Assembly (NCBI GenBank): GCA_963762145.1
Contig: CAVXJS010000021.1
Location: 768,001-832,000 of the forward strand
Source: an uncultured Candidatus Rokubacteria bacterium
Lineage (GTDB): Bacteria > Methylomirabilota > Methylomirabilia > Rokubacteriales > CSP1-6
Length of the DNA stretch: 64,000 bases
Direction: 5' to 3'
The notes below the pieces were generated by a model. The model was given only the letters and a program-made list of their open reading frames with translations, was not told the DNA's origin and did no database searches. This document shows, in pieces, positions 1-11,524 of the stretch (positions are counted from its first letter, which is position 1; each line of letters opens with the position of its first letter). Position numbers and translations under genes: made by a program.

Positions 1-239
1 TGGCGGAGATGCCGACCAGGTCCGCCTTGAGGTCGAAGTCGATCGACTCGATGTTCTCGTCGGTCAGCACCACCTCGTAGCGGTCGCGCGGAATGGCCGC
101 CGGCCACGGCGAGCAGGCCCGCGAGCGGCGAGTAGAGCGCCCGGTTGAGATAGAGGGGCCGGGTGGTCAGCGAATCGGTCTTCGGATTGATGAGATGAAT
201 CACGCGGGAGCGCGTACCGGTGACCCGACGATTGACCAT
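1..239 (-). CDS. B12-binding-domain radical SAM protein, N-terminal part (continues left of window; one frameshift near 100)
   Basis: Manual translation MVNRR..VIHLINP..YSPLAGLLAVA/AIPRDRYEVVLTDENIESIDFDLKADLVGISA matches the N-terminus of cobalamin-binding radical SAM proteins; SD-like GAGGAG upstream. Confidence 0.7.
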   Translation of the reverse strand, partial: MVNRRVTGTRSRVIHLINPKTDSLTTRPLYLNRALYSPLAGLLAVAGGHSARPLRGGADRREHRVDRLRPQGGPGRHLR

Positions 240-372
240 GGCCTGCTCCTCTCTCACGAGGGCCAGACGGGTTGCGAAGTCGGCATGCAGCGTGTGGGAC
301 GCGATCGAATGGTAAGACCGGCCCGCGGGGTCGTCAAGCCGGCGTGCGGAGAGCTGTGATACGGTACGCGCC

Positions 373-1284
373 GTGAGCGAGACGACGCCCGCGGGCCGGA
401 CCACGGTGAGCCTGGGCACCGCCACCCCGGGCGGCGGATTCCCGGTCTACGGCGAGGCGGTGGCCGCGGTCATCAACGAGACCGATCCCTCCCTCGAGGT
501 GCGGCCCCACAACACCAAGGGCAGCACCGAGAACGTGCCGCTGCTGGAGGCGGGCGGGCTCGATCTCGGGCTGGTGCAGGGCGAGGTCGCCTACGAGGCG
601 CTCGCCGGCGTCGGCCGCGCGCCCGCCGACCTGCGCGTGCTCGCCGCCATGTTCTCCACCCCCGGCATGTTCGTGGTGCGCGCGGATTCCCCCTATCGCA
701 CCATCGCGGATCTCAAGGGCCGGCCGGTGGCCTTCGGGGCGCGCGGCTCGGGCCTGATCGTCCTCGCGCGCTACGTGCTCGACGGCCTGGGCTACGAGCG
801 GGACCGCGACTTCCAGGCCGTCTTCCTCGACGCGGCGGGCGACGGGCCCCGGATGGTGATGGACGGCACGGTGGCCGCGCTGTGGGGCGGCGGGCTCGGG
901 TGGCCCGGCTTCACCGCGGTGGCCCGCGGGCCCGCCGGCGCGCGCTTCCTGGTGCCCGACCTCGACGGCATCCACCGCATCCAGACCAAGCACGCGTTCC
1001 TGCAGCTCATGCGCGTGCCCGCCGGGTCCTACCCGGGGCAGACCGCGGACCTGGTCTCGGTGGGCTCGTGGAGCTTCATCATGGCGCGGCCCTCGCTGCC
1101 CGACGAGGTGGCCTATCGCCTGGCGCGCGCGCTGCACCGCGGCGAGAGCGCGCTCGCGGGACGGCTCGCGCAGGGGCGCGAGACCACCGCGGCCAACACG
1201 GTCGCCGCGGTCGCGCGGCCGGAGTTGCTCCACCCCGGCGTGCGGCGCTACCTCGCCGAGATCGGGCTGCTGCGCGCCGGCTGA
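373..1284 (+). CDS. TAXI-family TRAP solute-binding protein (no signal peptide visible)
   Basis: LGTATPGGGFPVYG, TKGSTENV, DLGLVQ, DLKGRPVAFGARGSG, LHPGVRRYLAEIG motifs. Confidence 0.88.
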   Translation: MSETTPAGRTTVSLGTATPGGGFPVYGEAVAAVINETDPSLEVRPHNTKGSTENVPLLEAGGLDLGLVQGEVAYEALAGVGRAPADLRVLAAMFSTPGMFVVRADSPYRTIADLKGRPVAFGARGSGLIVLARYVLDGLGYERDRDFQAVFLDAAGDGPRMVMDGTVAALWGGGLGWPGFTAVARGPAGARFLVPDLDGIHRIQTKHAFLQLMRVPAGSYPGQTADLVSVGSWSFIMARPSLPDEVAYRLARALHRGESALAGRLAQGRETTAANTVAAVARPELLHPGVRRYLAEIGLLRAG

Positions 1285-1303
1285 CGCCCCGCGCATTCCG
1301 CAT

Positions 1304-3490
<2,187 letters not shown>

Positions 3491-4675
3491 CTACGAGAGG
3501 TAGGGCCGGAGGTCCACGCGGCGCCCGGACGCGGCGGAGAGGTAGGCGCCGTAGATGACCGCGGTGACGTCGCGGGCGAGCGGGCCGCCGGAGAGCGGCT
3601 CGCGGCCGGTGGCCGCGCACTCCACGAAGTCCTGCATCTCCTGCGGGTAACCGGTGGTCCACTCCTCGTCGGGCTGCGGCGCGGTCCAGCCCGCCTTGGT
3701 CTCGATCTTCTCCACGATGTACTCGTCGCCGAACACGGAGGCCGCGGGCGCGTAGGCCTGCACGAGATCGTTGGGGTTGATGTTGCAGAGCACCACCGCC
3801 TTCGCGCCGTAGATCGCCATCTGGTTGCGGATGCCCCCCAGCACCGTGTCGGCCGCCGAGATTGCGGCCACCGTGCCGTCGTCGAAGGTGATCAGCATGG
3901 TGCCCCAGTCCTCCACGTCCGCGCCCTCCACGATGTTGAGATAGCGCGGGGTGGCCGCGCGGAAGGTCGCGGTGTCGGCGAGCTGCGCGGTCTCCGCCAT
4001 GACCGAGACCGGCCGCACCGGGGCCCCGCGCAGGCGCCTTCCCTCGTCCGCCTTCAGGTACAGCGCGGCGCCCAGGGGATGGCAGGCCTTGCCGATCAGC
4101 GAGCCGCCGCCGCCGGTGACCCAGCGCTTGTTGATCGGCGCGTGCGTGCCCGAGTGGCTCTCCTCGCCGACCAGCCGAAGCATGGGCCCGCCCGACGCGG
4201 TGAAGAGCCGGCGCGCCTTCTGGATCGGTGGCGCGTAGACCCAGTTCTCCGCGTAGCAGAGCCGCACGCCCGCGGACGCCGCGGCGGCGAGGACCTGGTC
4301 GGCGCTCGCGAGCGCGCGGGTGAGCATCTCCTCGCGCGGGGTGGCGGGCGGGCCGAAGAAGCCGGTGAGCGGCTTCTCCACGATCACGTGCTTGCCCGCG
4401 CGGGCGGCCTCGATCGCCATCGCGGCGTGCAGGTGCGCCGGCACGCAGAGATCCACCAGGTCCACGTCCGGATCGGCGAGCACCTCGTGGAGGTCGGCCG
4501 CCGCGCGCGCCACCCCGAACTCCCGCGCGAAGGCCTGCGCCCGCTCGGGACGCGCCGCGGTCACGCACGCGAGCTCGACGTCCACCCCGTGCACGTGACG
4601 GTACGCCTCGCCGTGGATGTGGGCCACGAAGCCCGCGCCCACGATCCCCACCCGCACTCTCGGTCGTGACCCCAT
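3491..4675 (-). CDS. Gfo/Idh/MocA family oxidoreductase
   Basis: VGIVGAGFVA Rossmann motif, GKHVIVEKPL, GGGSLIGKACH. Confidence 0.92.
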   Translation of the reverse strand: MGSRPRVRVGIVGAGFVAHIHGEAYRHVHGVDVELACVTAARPERAQAFAREFGVARAAADLHEVLADPDVDLVDLCVPAHLHAAMAIEAARAGKHVIVEKPLTGFFGPPATPREEMLTRALASADQVLAAAASAGVRLCYAENWVYAPPIQKARRLFTASGGPMLRLVGEESHSGTHAPINKRWVTGGGGSLIGKACHPLGAALYLKADEGRRLRGAPVRPVSVMAETAQLADTATFRAATPRYLNIVEGADVEDWGTMLITFDDGTVAAISAADTVLGGIRNQMAIYGAKAVVLCNINPNDLVQAYAPAASVFGDEYIVEKIETKAGWTAPQPDEEWTTGYPQEMQDFVECAATGREPLSGGPLARDVTAVIYGAYLSAASGRRVDLRPYLS

Positions 4676-4699
4676 CGCGATCTCTCCCCTCCGGGCGCG

Positions 4700-5908
4700 T
4701 CAGCGCGCCCGCAGCCGCCACCAGCCGAGCAGCGCCGCGATCCCGGCCAGCCCGACGGTCCCGTTGGCCATGAGCGCCCGCTGGACGCCCCAGCGCTCGG
4801 ACATCGCCCCCACCATGAACGCGCCGATCGGGAACACGCCGCCCCAGATCAGCGTGTAGATGCTCATCACCCGCCCGCGCAGCGCGTCGGGGGCCGCGAG
4901 CTGCATGGTGGTGTTGCAGGAGACCACCCCGATGATGCCGAAGAACCCGGTGATGAAGAGCACCGCCACCGCGGGCCAGAACGCGCGCACCAGGGCGAGG
5001 CCGATGAGCCCGCCGCAGGCCACCGCGCACGCGGCGAACATCAGCGGGCGCGGGGGCCGCCGCGTGCCGAGGGTGCCGAGGGTGAGCGCCCCGCTCACCG
5101 CCCCCACCCCGAGCGCGGCCATCAGGAACCCGAACCCCTCCGCCCCGAGCCCGAGCATGGTGCGCACCACGAGCGGAACGTAGACCGTGAAATTGAACAC
5201 GGTGAGGCTGACCATGAAGGTGAGCCCGAGCGCGAGCAGCATCTCCGGCGTCCGCCAGACGTGACGGATGCCGATGAGGATCTCCTCGAACACCCCCTGG
5301 CCGGTGCGCGGCTGCGGATGCCCGCGCGCCTGCAGGGTCAGCATCATCGCGATCGAGACCGCGAAGCCCAGCGCATTGGCCGCGAAGGCGGGCGCGATCC
5401 CGTAGCGGCCGATGACCAGGCCGCCGATGCTCGGGCCCACGATGCGGGCCGCGTTGAAGCAGGCCGAGTTCAGCGAGATCGCGCTGCCCACGTCGGCCCG
5501 GCCCACCATCTCCGCCACGAAGGACTGCCGGGCCGGCGCGTCGAGCACGTTGGCGAGCCCGACCCCGGTGGCGAGCACCGCCACGTGCCAGTACTCGACG
5601 TGGCCGCCGTACACCAGGGCTCCCAGCACGAGCGCCTGCGCACCGAGCACCGACTGGGTCACGAGCAGCAGCCGGCGCTTGCGCACCCGGTCCGCGACCG
5701 CGCCCGACACGATCGAGAAGAGGAGGATCGGCCCGAACTGGAGCGTGCCGATCAGCCCCAGCAGCAGCGGCGACGAGGTGAGCTGGAGCACCAGCCAGGA
5801 CTGGGCCACCGTCTGCATCCAGGAGCCGACCTGGGCCACGAACTGCGCCGCGAAGAACCGCCGGAAGTCGGCGTGGCGGAACGCCCGCAGGCCGGTGGGA
5901 AGGGCCAT
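4700..5908 (-). CDS. MFS transporter (H+ antiporter-like)
   Basis: About 12 hydrophobic segments; GSWMQTVAQSWLV, GAVADRVRKRRLL, LRGRVMSIY. Confidence 0.92.
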   Translation of the reverse strand: MALPTGLRAFRHADFRRFFAAQFVAQVGSWMQTVAQSWLVLQLTSSPLLLGLIGTLQFGPILLFSIVSGAVADRVRKRRLLLVTQSVLGAQALVLGALVYGGHVEYWHVAVLATGVGLANVLDAPARQSFVAEMVGRADVGSAISLNSACFNAARIVGPSIGGLVIGRYGIAPAFAANALGFAVSIAMMLTLQARGHPQPRTGQGVFEEILIGIRHVWRTPEMLLALGLTFMVSLTVFNFTVYVPLVVRTMLGLGAEGFGFLMAALGVGAVSGALTLGTLGTRRPPRPLMFAACAVACGGLIGLALVRAFWPAVAVLFITGFFGIIGVVSCNTTMQLAAPDALRGRVMSIYTLIWGGVFPIGAFMVGAMSERWGVQRALMANGTVGLAGIAALLGWWRLRAR

Positions 5909-5918
5909 CGGCGGCCGC

Positions 5919-6854
5919 TCAGCCGCCGGCCACGCCCTGGGTATTGACGAAGATCGAGTAGAGCGACTGGCTCGCGGCGAGGAAGAGCCGGTTGCGCTTG
6001 GTCCCCCCGAAGCACAGATTCGCGCAGCGCTCCGGCAGCAGGATGCGGCCGATCAGCTTCGCGTCGGGGTTGTAGATCGCGACGCCGTCGAGGCCCTCGC
6101 CCCCGCCCCAGCCGCACCAGAGGTTGCCGTCGGTGTCGCAGCGCAGGCCGTCCGGGACGCCGGCCCCGGTGTTGACGAACACGCGCCCGTTGGCGAGCGC
6201 GGTGCCGCCCGCGACCACGTCGAACACCCGGATCTCTCGCGGCATCGCCCCCGACACCACCACGTAGAGCCGTCTCTCGTCGGGGGAGAAGCAGAGGCCG
6301 TTCGGACGTGGGATGTCGCCGGTCGCCACAACCGCCTTGCCGGTCCGGGGATCGAGGCGATACACGTTGGTGGGCAGCTCCACCGGCGCGGTGTGACCCT
6401 CGTAGTTGCTGAGCACGCCGAAGGGCGGGTCGGTGAACCACACGCTGTCGTCCGACTTGACCACCACGTCGTTCGGCGAGTTGAGCCGCTTCTGCTCGAA
6501 CGAGTCCATCAGGACCGTGACGGTGCCGTCGTACTCGGTGCGGGTCACCCGCCGGCTGTCGTGCTCGCAGGTGACCAGGCGCCCCTGGCGATCGCGTGTG
6601 TTGCCGTTCGAGAAGTTGGAGGGCTTCCGGAACACCGAGACCGAGCCGGCCTCCTCGTCCCAGCGCATGATCCGGTCGTTGGGAATGTCGCTCCACAGGA
6701 CGTAGCGGGCGTCGCCGAACCACACCGGTCCCTCCGCCCAGCGAAAGCCGGTGGCGAGGCGCTCCACCGCCGCGTTGAAGACACGGTACTTGGCGAAGCT
6801 CTCGTCGAGGATCTGCACCGCCGGATCGGGATAGCGCACGGGAGTGGTCTGCAT
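5919..6854 (-). CDS. SMP-30/gluconolactonase family protein
   Basis: WAEGPVW, WSDIPN, LNSPNDVVV, PNGLCFSPDE, PDGLRCD; start MQTTPVRYPDP follows TTGACT-17-CACCAT. Confidence 0.92.
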   Translation of the reverse strand: MQTTPVRYPDPAVQILDESFAKYRVFNAAVERLATGFRWAEGPVWFGDARYVLWSDIPNDRIMRWDEEAGSVSVFRKPSNFSNGNTRDRQGRLVTCEHDSRRVTRTEYDGTVTVLMDSFEQKRLNSPNDVVVKSDDSVWFTDPPFGVLSNYEGHTAPVELPTNVYRLDPRTGKAVVATGDIPRPNGLCFSPDERRLYVVVSGAMPREIRVFDVVAGGTALANGRVFVNTGAGVPDGLRCDTDGNLWCGWGGGEGLDGVAIYNPDAKLIGRILLPERCANLCFGGTKRNRLFLAASQSLYSIFVNTQGVAGG

Positions 6855-6918
6855 GACCCCCGGATGGTGGCCACTCGCGGCGGAGAAGTCAACCACCTTG
6901 TGCTACAGTCACGCGGCG

Positions 6919-7557
6919 ATGAGCAAGCCCGCGCTCCGGCATCTCTCCGCGGTGGACCCGGTGATGCGCGCGCTCATCCGGCGCGTGGGACCCTGCGGCC
7001 TCGCGGTGCGCAATCACTCGCCGTTCGAGACGCTGGTGCGGGCCATCGCCCACCAGCAGATTCACGGGCGCGCCGCCGAGGCGATCCTGGGGCGCTTCAT
7101 CGCGCTCTTTCCCGGCCGTCGCTTCCCGCGGCCGGAAGACATCGCCACCATGGACCCGCGCAAGATGCGCCGCGCGGGCTTCTCGCGCGCGAAGATCCGG
7201 TCGATCAAGGACATCGCGCGGAAGACCCGCAGCGGGCTGATTCCCACCCGCGCCGCCTGCCACCGCCTCAGCGACGCCGAGCTGATCGAACGGATCATCC
7301 AGGTGCGCGGGGTCGGGCAGTGGACGGTGGAGATGCTGCTGATGTTCACCCTCGGCCGCCCCGACGTGCTGCCGGTTGACGACTTCGGGGTGCGCGAGGG
7401 CTTCAAGATCGCCTACCGGCGGCGCAAGCAGCCCACTCCGAAACAGCTCCGGCGCTACGGCGCGCGCTGGGAGCCCTACCGCTCGGTGGCCGCCTGGTAT
7501 CTCTGGCGCGCGGCCGAGAAGGCCCTGCACCGCAAGGTGGAGCCGGACGTCACGTAG
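6919..7557 (+). CDS. alkA: DNA-3-methyladenine glycosylase II (HhH-GPD, AlkA-like)
   Basis: RAIAHQQI, HhH motif VRGVGQWTVEMLL, DVLPVDDFGVR, WEPYRSVAAWYLW. Confidence 0.88.
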   Translation: MSKPALRHLSAVDPVMRALIRRVGPCGLAVRNHSPFETLVRAIAHQQIHGRAAEAILGRFIALFPGRRFPRPEDIATMDPRKMRRAGFSRAKIRSIKDIARKTRSGLIPTRAACHRLSDAELIERIIQVRGVGQWTVEMLLMFTLGRPDVLPVDDFGVREGFKIAYRRRKQPTPKQLRRYGARWEPYRSVAAWYLWRAAEKALHRKVEPDVT

Positions 7558-8791
7558 CCGACGGGCGCGCCCGCATCTGCTCGGGGCTCATGCCGTAGAA
7601 GCTCCGCGCGCGCTCGCCCACGCCGGGCCACGGATGGGCGCGCAGCACCTCCTCGTTGATCTCGGCGCCCCAGCCCGGCCCCTCGGGCAGGAAGATGTGG
7701 CCGTCCTTGATCACGGGCGGCTTCGTCACCAGGTCCGCCTTCCACGAGACGTCGTCGATGTCGATCTCCATGATGCGCACGTTGGGGAGCACCGCGCAGA
7801 GGTGGAGCGAGTGGAGATCGGCCAGGTGGCTGTAGTAGTTGTGGGGCGCGATGTTGATCTCGTAGGTCTCGGCCATGCGCCCGATCTGCACCGCCTGGGA
7901 GAAGCCGTTCCACGGCACGTCGACGATGGCGACGTCCACCGCGTGCAGCTCCAGAAATGGCCGATATTGACGAGTGGACACCAGACTCTCGAGCGAAGCG
8001 AGTCTGGTGGTCGTGGATTGCTTGATCTGGAGCAGCGCCTGCGGGTCCCAGTTGTCGTACTCGACCCACTGCATGTCGAACTTCTCGAGCAGCTTGGCCA
8101 CCCGCAGCACGCCCTCGGTGCGGAAGTTGTAGTTGAGATCGAGGCAGAGGCCGACCTTGGGCCCCACCGCGTCGCGGAAGGTGCCGATCAGGCGCTCGAT
8201 CGCGTCGAGGATCTCCACCGTCGGCGCGCCGTCGGTGGAGTTGATGCCGCTCGCGAAGCCGGGGAAGTACACGGTGGCCGGCTCGCCCGGGATCACCATG
8301 TTGGTCTTGAGCGCGGTGAACCCGCGCGCCACCACTTCCTTGCCGAGCGCGGTGATGTCGGCGTAGCTGCGCAGCGGCGGCGTGCCCAGCACGTGGCCGA
8401 GCCGCGCCCGCGTGGTGCCGCAGTGCGACCAGTACAGCCGCATGCGATCGCGTAGCGGGCCGCCGAAGAGCTCGTAGACCGGCACCCCGAGGGCCCGGGC
8501 CTTGATGTCCCAGAGGGCCAGCTCGATGCCGGCCATCGCCTTGTGGCTCACCCCGCCCAGGTTCTGGCGCGTGGCCCGCAGCATGTCCCAGTACAGGCGC
8601 TCGACCGGCCGCGGATCCTGGCCGATCAGGAGCGGGGTCAGGTCCTGCACCGAGCCCGCGATGCCGTAGGGGCTCCGGTTGTCGCTGCATTCCCCCCAGC
8701 CCACGAGGCCATCGTCGGTCTCGATGCGAACGAAGGTCCAGGGTCTCCAGCCGCCGTCACAGTGCAGGGCTTCCACGCGCGCGATCTTCAT
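7550..8791 (-). CDS. Mandelate racemase/muconate lactonizing enzyme (enolase superfamily)
   Basis: FVRIETDDGLVGWGE, IELALWDIKARALGVPVYELFGG, IAPHN, PEGPGWG. Confidence 0.92.
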   Translation of the reverse strand: MKIARVEALHCDGGWRPWTFVRIETDDGLVGWGECSDNRSPYGIAGSVQDLTPLLIGQDPRPVERLYWDMLRATRQNLGGVSHKAMAGIELALWDIKARALGVPVYELFGGPLRDRMRLYWSHCGTTRARLGHVLGTPPLRSYADITALGKEVVARGFTALKTNMVIPGEPATVYFPGFASGINSTDGAPTVEILDAIERLIGTFRDAVGPKVGLCLDLNYNFRTEGVLRVAKLLEKFDMQWVEYDNWDPQALLQIKQSTTTRLASLESLVSTRQYRPFLELHAVDVAIVDVPWNGFSQAVQIGRMAETYEINIAPHNYYSHLADLHSLHLCAVLPNVRIMEIDIDDVSWKADLVTKPPVIKDGHIFLPEGPGWGAEINEEVLRAHPWPGVGERARSFYGMSPEQMRARPSAT

Positions 8792-8843
8792 GGCGACAGA
8801 CGATGCCATAGCTCGCAGGCCCGAACAAGAACCCTCGAGCGGA

Positions 8844-9632
8844 TCAGGGCCACGCGGAGAGGCCCTGGCGGAACTGCTGAAGCGTCAGCAGCCGGATGCG
8901 CGAGTCCGCGCGCGCGGCCGCCCGCGCCGCCTCGGTGTTGTACCCCCAGGCGGCGAGGAAGAGCGCCACGTCGTCCAGATCGGGATGGGTCGTCACGTGC
9001 TGGAGCGTCTCGAGGCGGTCTTCCACGAAGGCGAGCCGCGGCCGGCTCCCGCGCTCGGCGGTCCAGGCCGCGATCAGCGCGCGGAGGTTCAGGCACTTGT
9101 GCACGCCGGTCTCCTTGCCCTGCACGTCGGCGAGCCGGACGTCCCACGCATCCAGGATGCGCCGCGCGAACGCGCCCTCCTTGGTCGTGACCAGCACGCT
9201 CCGCGCGGGCTCGGCCACGAGACGGCGCAGCTCGTCCACGCTGCCGTACGGGGCGTGCCGCGCGAGCCAGCCCGCCTCGTCGGCGGCGATCCACTCGAGG
9301 CGCACCTCGTCCAGCGCGTGGCCGAGGCGCGCGATCAGCGCGTCGCCGCTCGGCGACCCGGTCGCGACCAGCTCCGCGCACACCCGCGGCCAGCCGCCCA
9401 GGATCTCCGCGCGGGGCACCCCGCGCGCGATGGCGCGGAGGAGCACCGGCATCTCCCAGCCGCTCAGGATCACCGGGCGGAGCGCGCAGAACGCCACGAA
9501 GGCGGCCTCGGCCGGCGGCGCCTCCTCGGGCCACACGCGCGCGCAGGTGCGCCGGCTCGTCTCGAAGTACTCGCGCAGGCCGTCGCAGCAGACGCCGTCG
9601 AAGTCGAGCGCCAGGATGTCCGGAATCGTCAT
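8844..9632 (-). CDS. HAD-superfamily hydrolase
   Basis: ALDFDGV motif I, VTTK, FVEDRLETL, AAWGYN. Confidence 0.85.
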   Translation of the reverse strand: MTIPDILALDFDGVCCDGLREYFETSRRTCARVWPEEAPPAEAAFVAFCALRPVILSGWEMPVLLRAIARGVPRAEILGGWPRVCAELVATGSPSGDALIARLGHALDEVRLEWIAADEAGWLARHAPYGSVDELRRLVAEPARSVLVTTKEGAFARRILDAWDVRLADVQGKETGVHKCLNLRALIAAWTAERGSRPRLAFVEDRLETLQHVTTHPDLDDVALFLAAWGYNTEAARAAARADSRIRLLTLQQFRQGLSAWP

Positions 9633-9717
9633 GGGCGGACGCCGCCCTGACGCAAATCGCGCCGAAGAAGGTGCGCCCCCGCTCCATAAGCCGCCGACTT
9701 TTCAGTCATGGAAGGAC

Positions 9718-9733
9718 TGGCCTCCGTCTTGCT
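9718..9733 (+). promoter_or_regulatory. Candidate sigma54 -24/-12 promoter
   Basis: TGGCCTCCGTCTTGCT (GG-N10-GC) ending 14 nt before the ATG at 9748. Confidence 0.5.
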
Positions 9734-9747
9734 CCCTCTCAACGCTC

Positions 9748-10272
9748 ATGGCCTCACCGGAGCGCAACATCAGCGCGGTGGATCAGCGCCTCGTCGGCCT
9801 CGAGGACGAGGCGACACGGCTGCGCGCGGAAGTGGCCGCGCTCCAGGAGGAGATCCGCTGGCTCAGCGGCCAGGACGAGGAGCCGGCGGGCTGGCTGTCG
9901 CGCGGCTGGGTGCGCGCTTCGCTGCTCCTGACCGCGATCGGCATGGTCGGTCTCGTCTCGCTCCCGTATCTCCTCAATCTCGACGCCTCCGGTCCGCATG
10001 CCGATCCGACGCCCGGCGCGGCCGCCTCCGCCCGCCCGGCTCCCGCCGCGCCGCGTCCCGCGGTCGCCCCCGCGCCCGTCAAGGCCGAGCGCCGCGACGA
10101 CGCCTCGACTCCGACCCGCGTCCGCGCCCCCGAGGGCCCCGAGCCCGCGCGCGTCCTGTCCGCGGAGGACCGTACCACCGCCGCCCCCCGCCCGCGGCCC
10201 GTCCGCGAGCGGCGCGGGCCCCAGCCGTCGGACGCCGTCGTCGTCGCGCCCGGTCGCGGCGAGAGCCCCTAG
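9748..10272 (+). CDS. Hypothetical bitopic membrane protein (N-terminal coiled coil, one TM, Pro/Ala-rich tail)
   Basis: MASPERN.. heptad-like LVGLEDEATRLRAEVAALQEEIRWL; TM ASLLLTAIGMVGLVSLPYLL; fills the gap between flanking genes. Confidence 0.6.
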   Translation: MASPERNISAVDQRLVGLEDEATRLRAEVAALQEEIRWLSGQDEEPAGWLSRGWVRASLLLTAIGMVGLVSLPYLLNLDASGPHADPTPGAAASARPAPAAPRPAVAPAPVKAERRDDASTPTRVRAPEGPEPARVLSAEDRTTAAPRPRPVRERRGPQPSDAVVVAPGRGESP

Positions 10273-11501
10273 GCCCGCGCGGGCCCCCGCAGCCGCCCCG
10301 CCCACACCGAGAGCGCGGCCACCCCGGCCGCCGCGGCGGCCAGCACGAAGGCGATCGCGTAGCTCCCCGTCGCATCGAAGATCCGCCCGGCCAGCCACGC
10401 GCCCAGCGCGCTCCCGAGCGCGCTCGCCACCTGGGTCGCGCCGAAGATCGAGCCGAAGTGCGGCCCGCGGAAGCGGTCGCTCATCATGGCGGGCACGATG
10501 AACGCGGTGACCGAGTAGCCCACCCCGAACAGCACCGCGTAGCCGAGGGCGAGCCACGCCGTCGGCGCCAGCGCCACGAGCCACAGTACGCCCACTCCGC
10601 CGATCATGCCGATCATGCCGAGCGCGTAGACCAGCTCGCGCGAGAGGTGATCCGAGATCCAGCCTCCCCCGGTCTTGCCCACGATGCTGGAAGCGCCCAC
10701 CACGCTGATCACCGAGGCGGCGGTCATGGCCGGGAGGCCGTGGTCCACGAGGAACGCGGCCTGGTGGACGTGCAGCGTCTGGCTGCAGATGCTGCCGAGG
10801 AAGACGGCCAGACCGATGAGTCGAAAGGACGGATTGGCCAGCGCCAGCCCGAGGGAATGCTCGCCGGCGCCCGGCGTGCCCGCCGGGCCGCGCGCGGCGG
10901 GCTCGCGCGGCGCCGGCGGCGTGTCGCGGATGGCCAGGAAGGTCGCGGGCAGGATCCAGAGCGCGCACAGGATGGCGAGCGCGCGAAAGGCCCAGCGCCA
11001 GCCGAAGCCGTCGATCAGCGCCTGGCAGAGCGGGACGACCAGGAAGATTCCCAGGCCGACGCCGGAGCCCGCGATGCCGAGGGCCAGGCCCAGGCGCGCC
11101 TTCCACTGCCGCTGCACCATCACCACCGCCGGCGTCCAGCCCGCGGTCGCCACCCCGACCGCGGTGAGCAGACCGAAGGTCAGGTAGAGGTGCCACGCGC
11201 GCGTGACCAGGCTGTCCGCCCAGAGCGAGCCCGCCAGCAGCACGCCGCCGATCAGGATGAGCCGGCGCGGCCCGAAGCGATCGGCGAGCGCGCCCAGCAC
11301 CGGCCCGGCGCCCCCGCTGACCAGCGTGAAGATCGAGAAGGCGCCGGCCAGCACCGAGCGGCTCCAGCCGAACTCCCGCAGCAGCGCGACCAGGAAGACG
11401 CTGTAGGCGTACCAGACCCCGTAGGCCAGCGCGAGGGTGACGACGGTGACGCCGAGAGCGAGATACGACGGTGCGGGCGAGGCCGCCGGGTCAGGGCGCA
11501 T
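10269..11501 (-). CDS. MFS transporter (OFA/MCT-like)
   Basis: YAYSVFLVALLREFGWSRS, GALADRFGPRRL, GWRWAF, GRIFDATGSY. Confidence 0.9.
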   Translation of the reverse strand: MRPDPAASPAPSYLALGVTVVTLALAYGVWYAYSVFLVALLREFGWSRSVLAGAFSIFTLVSGGAGPVLGALADRFGPRRLILIGGVLLAGSLWADSLVTRAWHLYLTFGLLTAVGVATAGWTPAVVMVQRQWKARLGLALGIAGSGVGLGIFLVVPLCQALIDGFGWRWAFRALAILCALWILPATFLAIRDTPPAPREPAARGPAGTPGAGEHSLGLALANPSFRLIGLAVFLGSICSQTLHVHQAAFLVDHGLPAMTAASVISVVGASSIVGKTGGGWISDHLSRELVYALGMIGMIGGVGVLWLVALAPTAWLALGYAVLFGVGYSVTAFIVPAMMSDRFRGPHFGSIFGATQVASALGSALGAWLAGRIFDATGSYAIAFVLAAAAAGVAALSVWAGRLRGPARA

Positions 11502-11524
11502 GGGCGCCCCACCATACCGCGGCG

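Noticed and set aside
1-239. Link between the B12 radical SAM gene and the ether-lipid-like operon (lipid methylase)
   Set aside because: Only the N-terminal ~80 codons are visible and the gene is over 52 kb away; the subfamily cannot be assigned.
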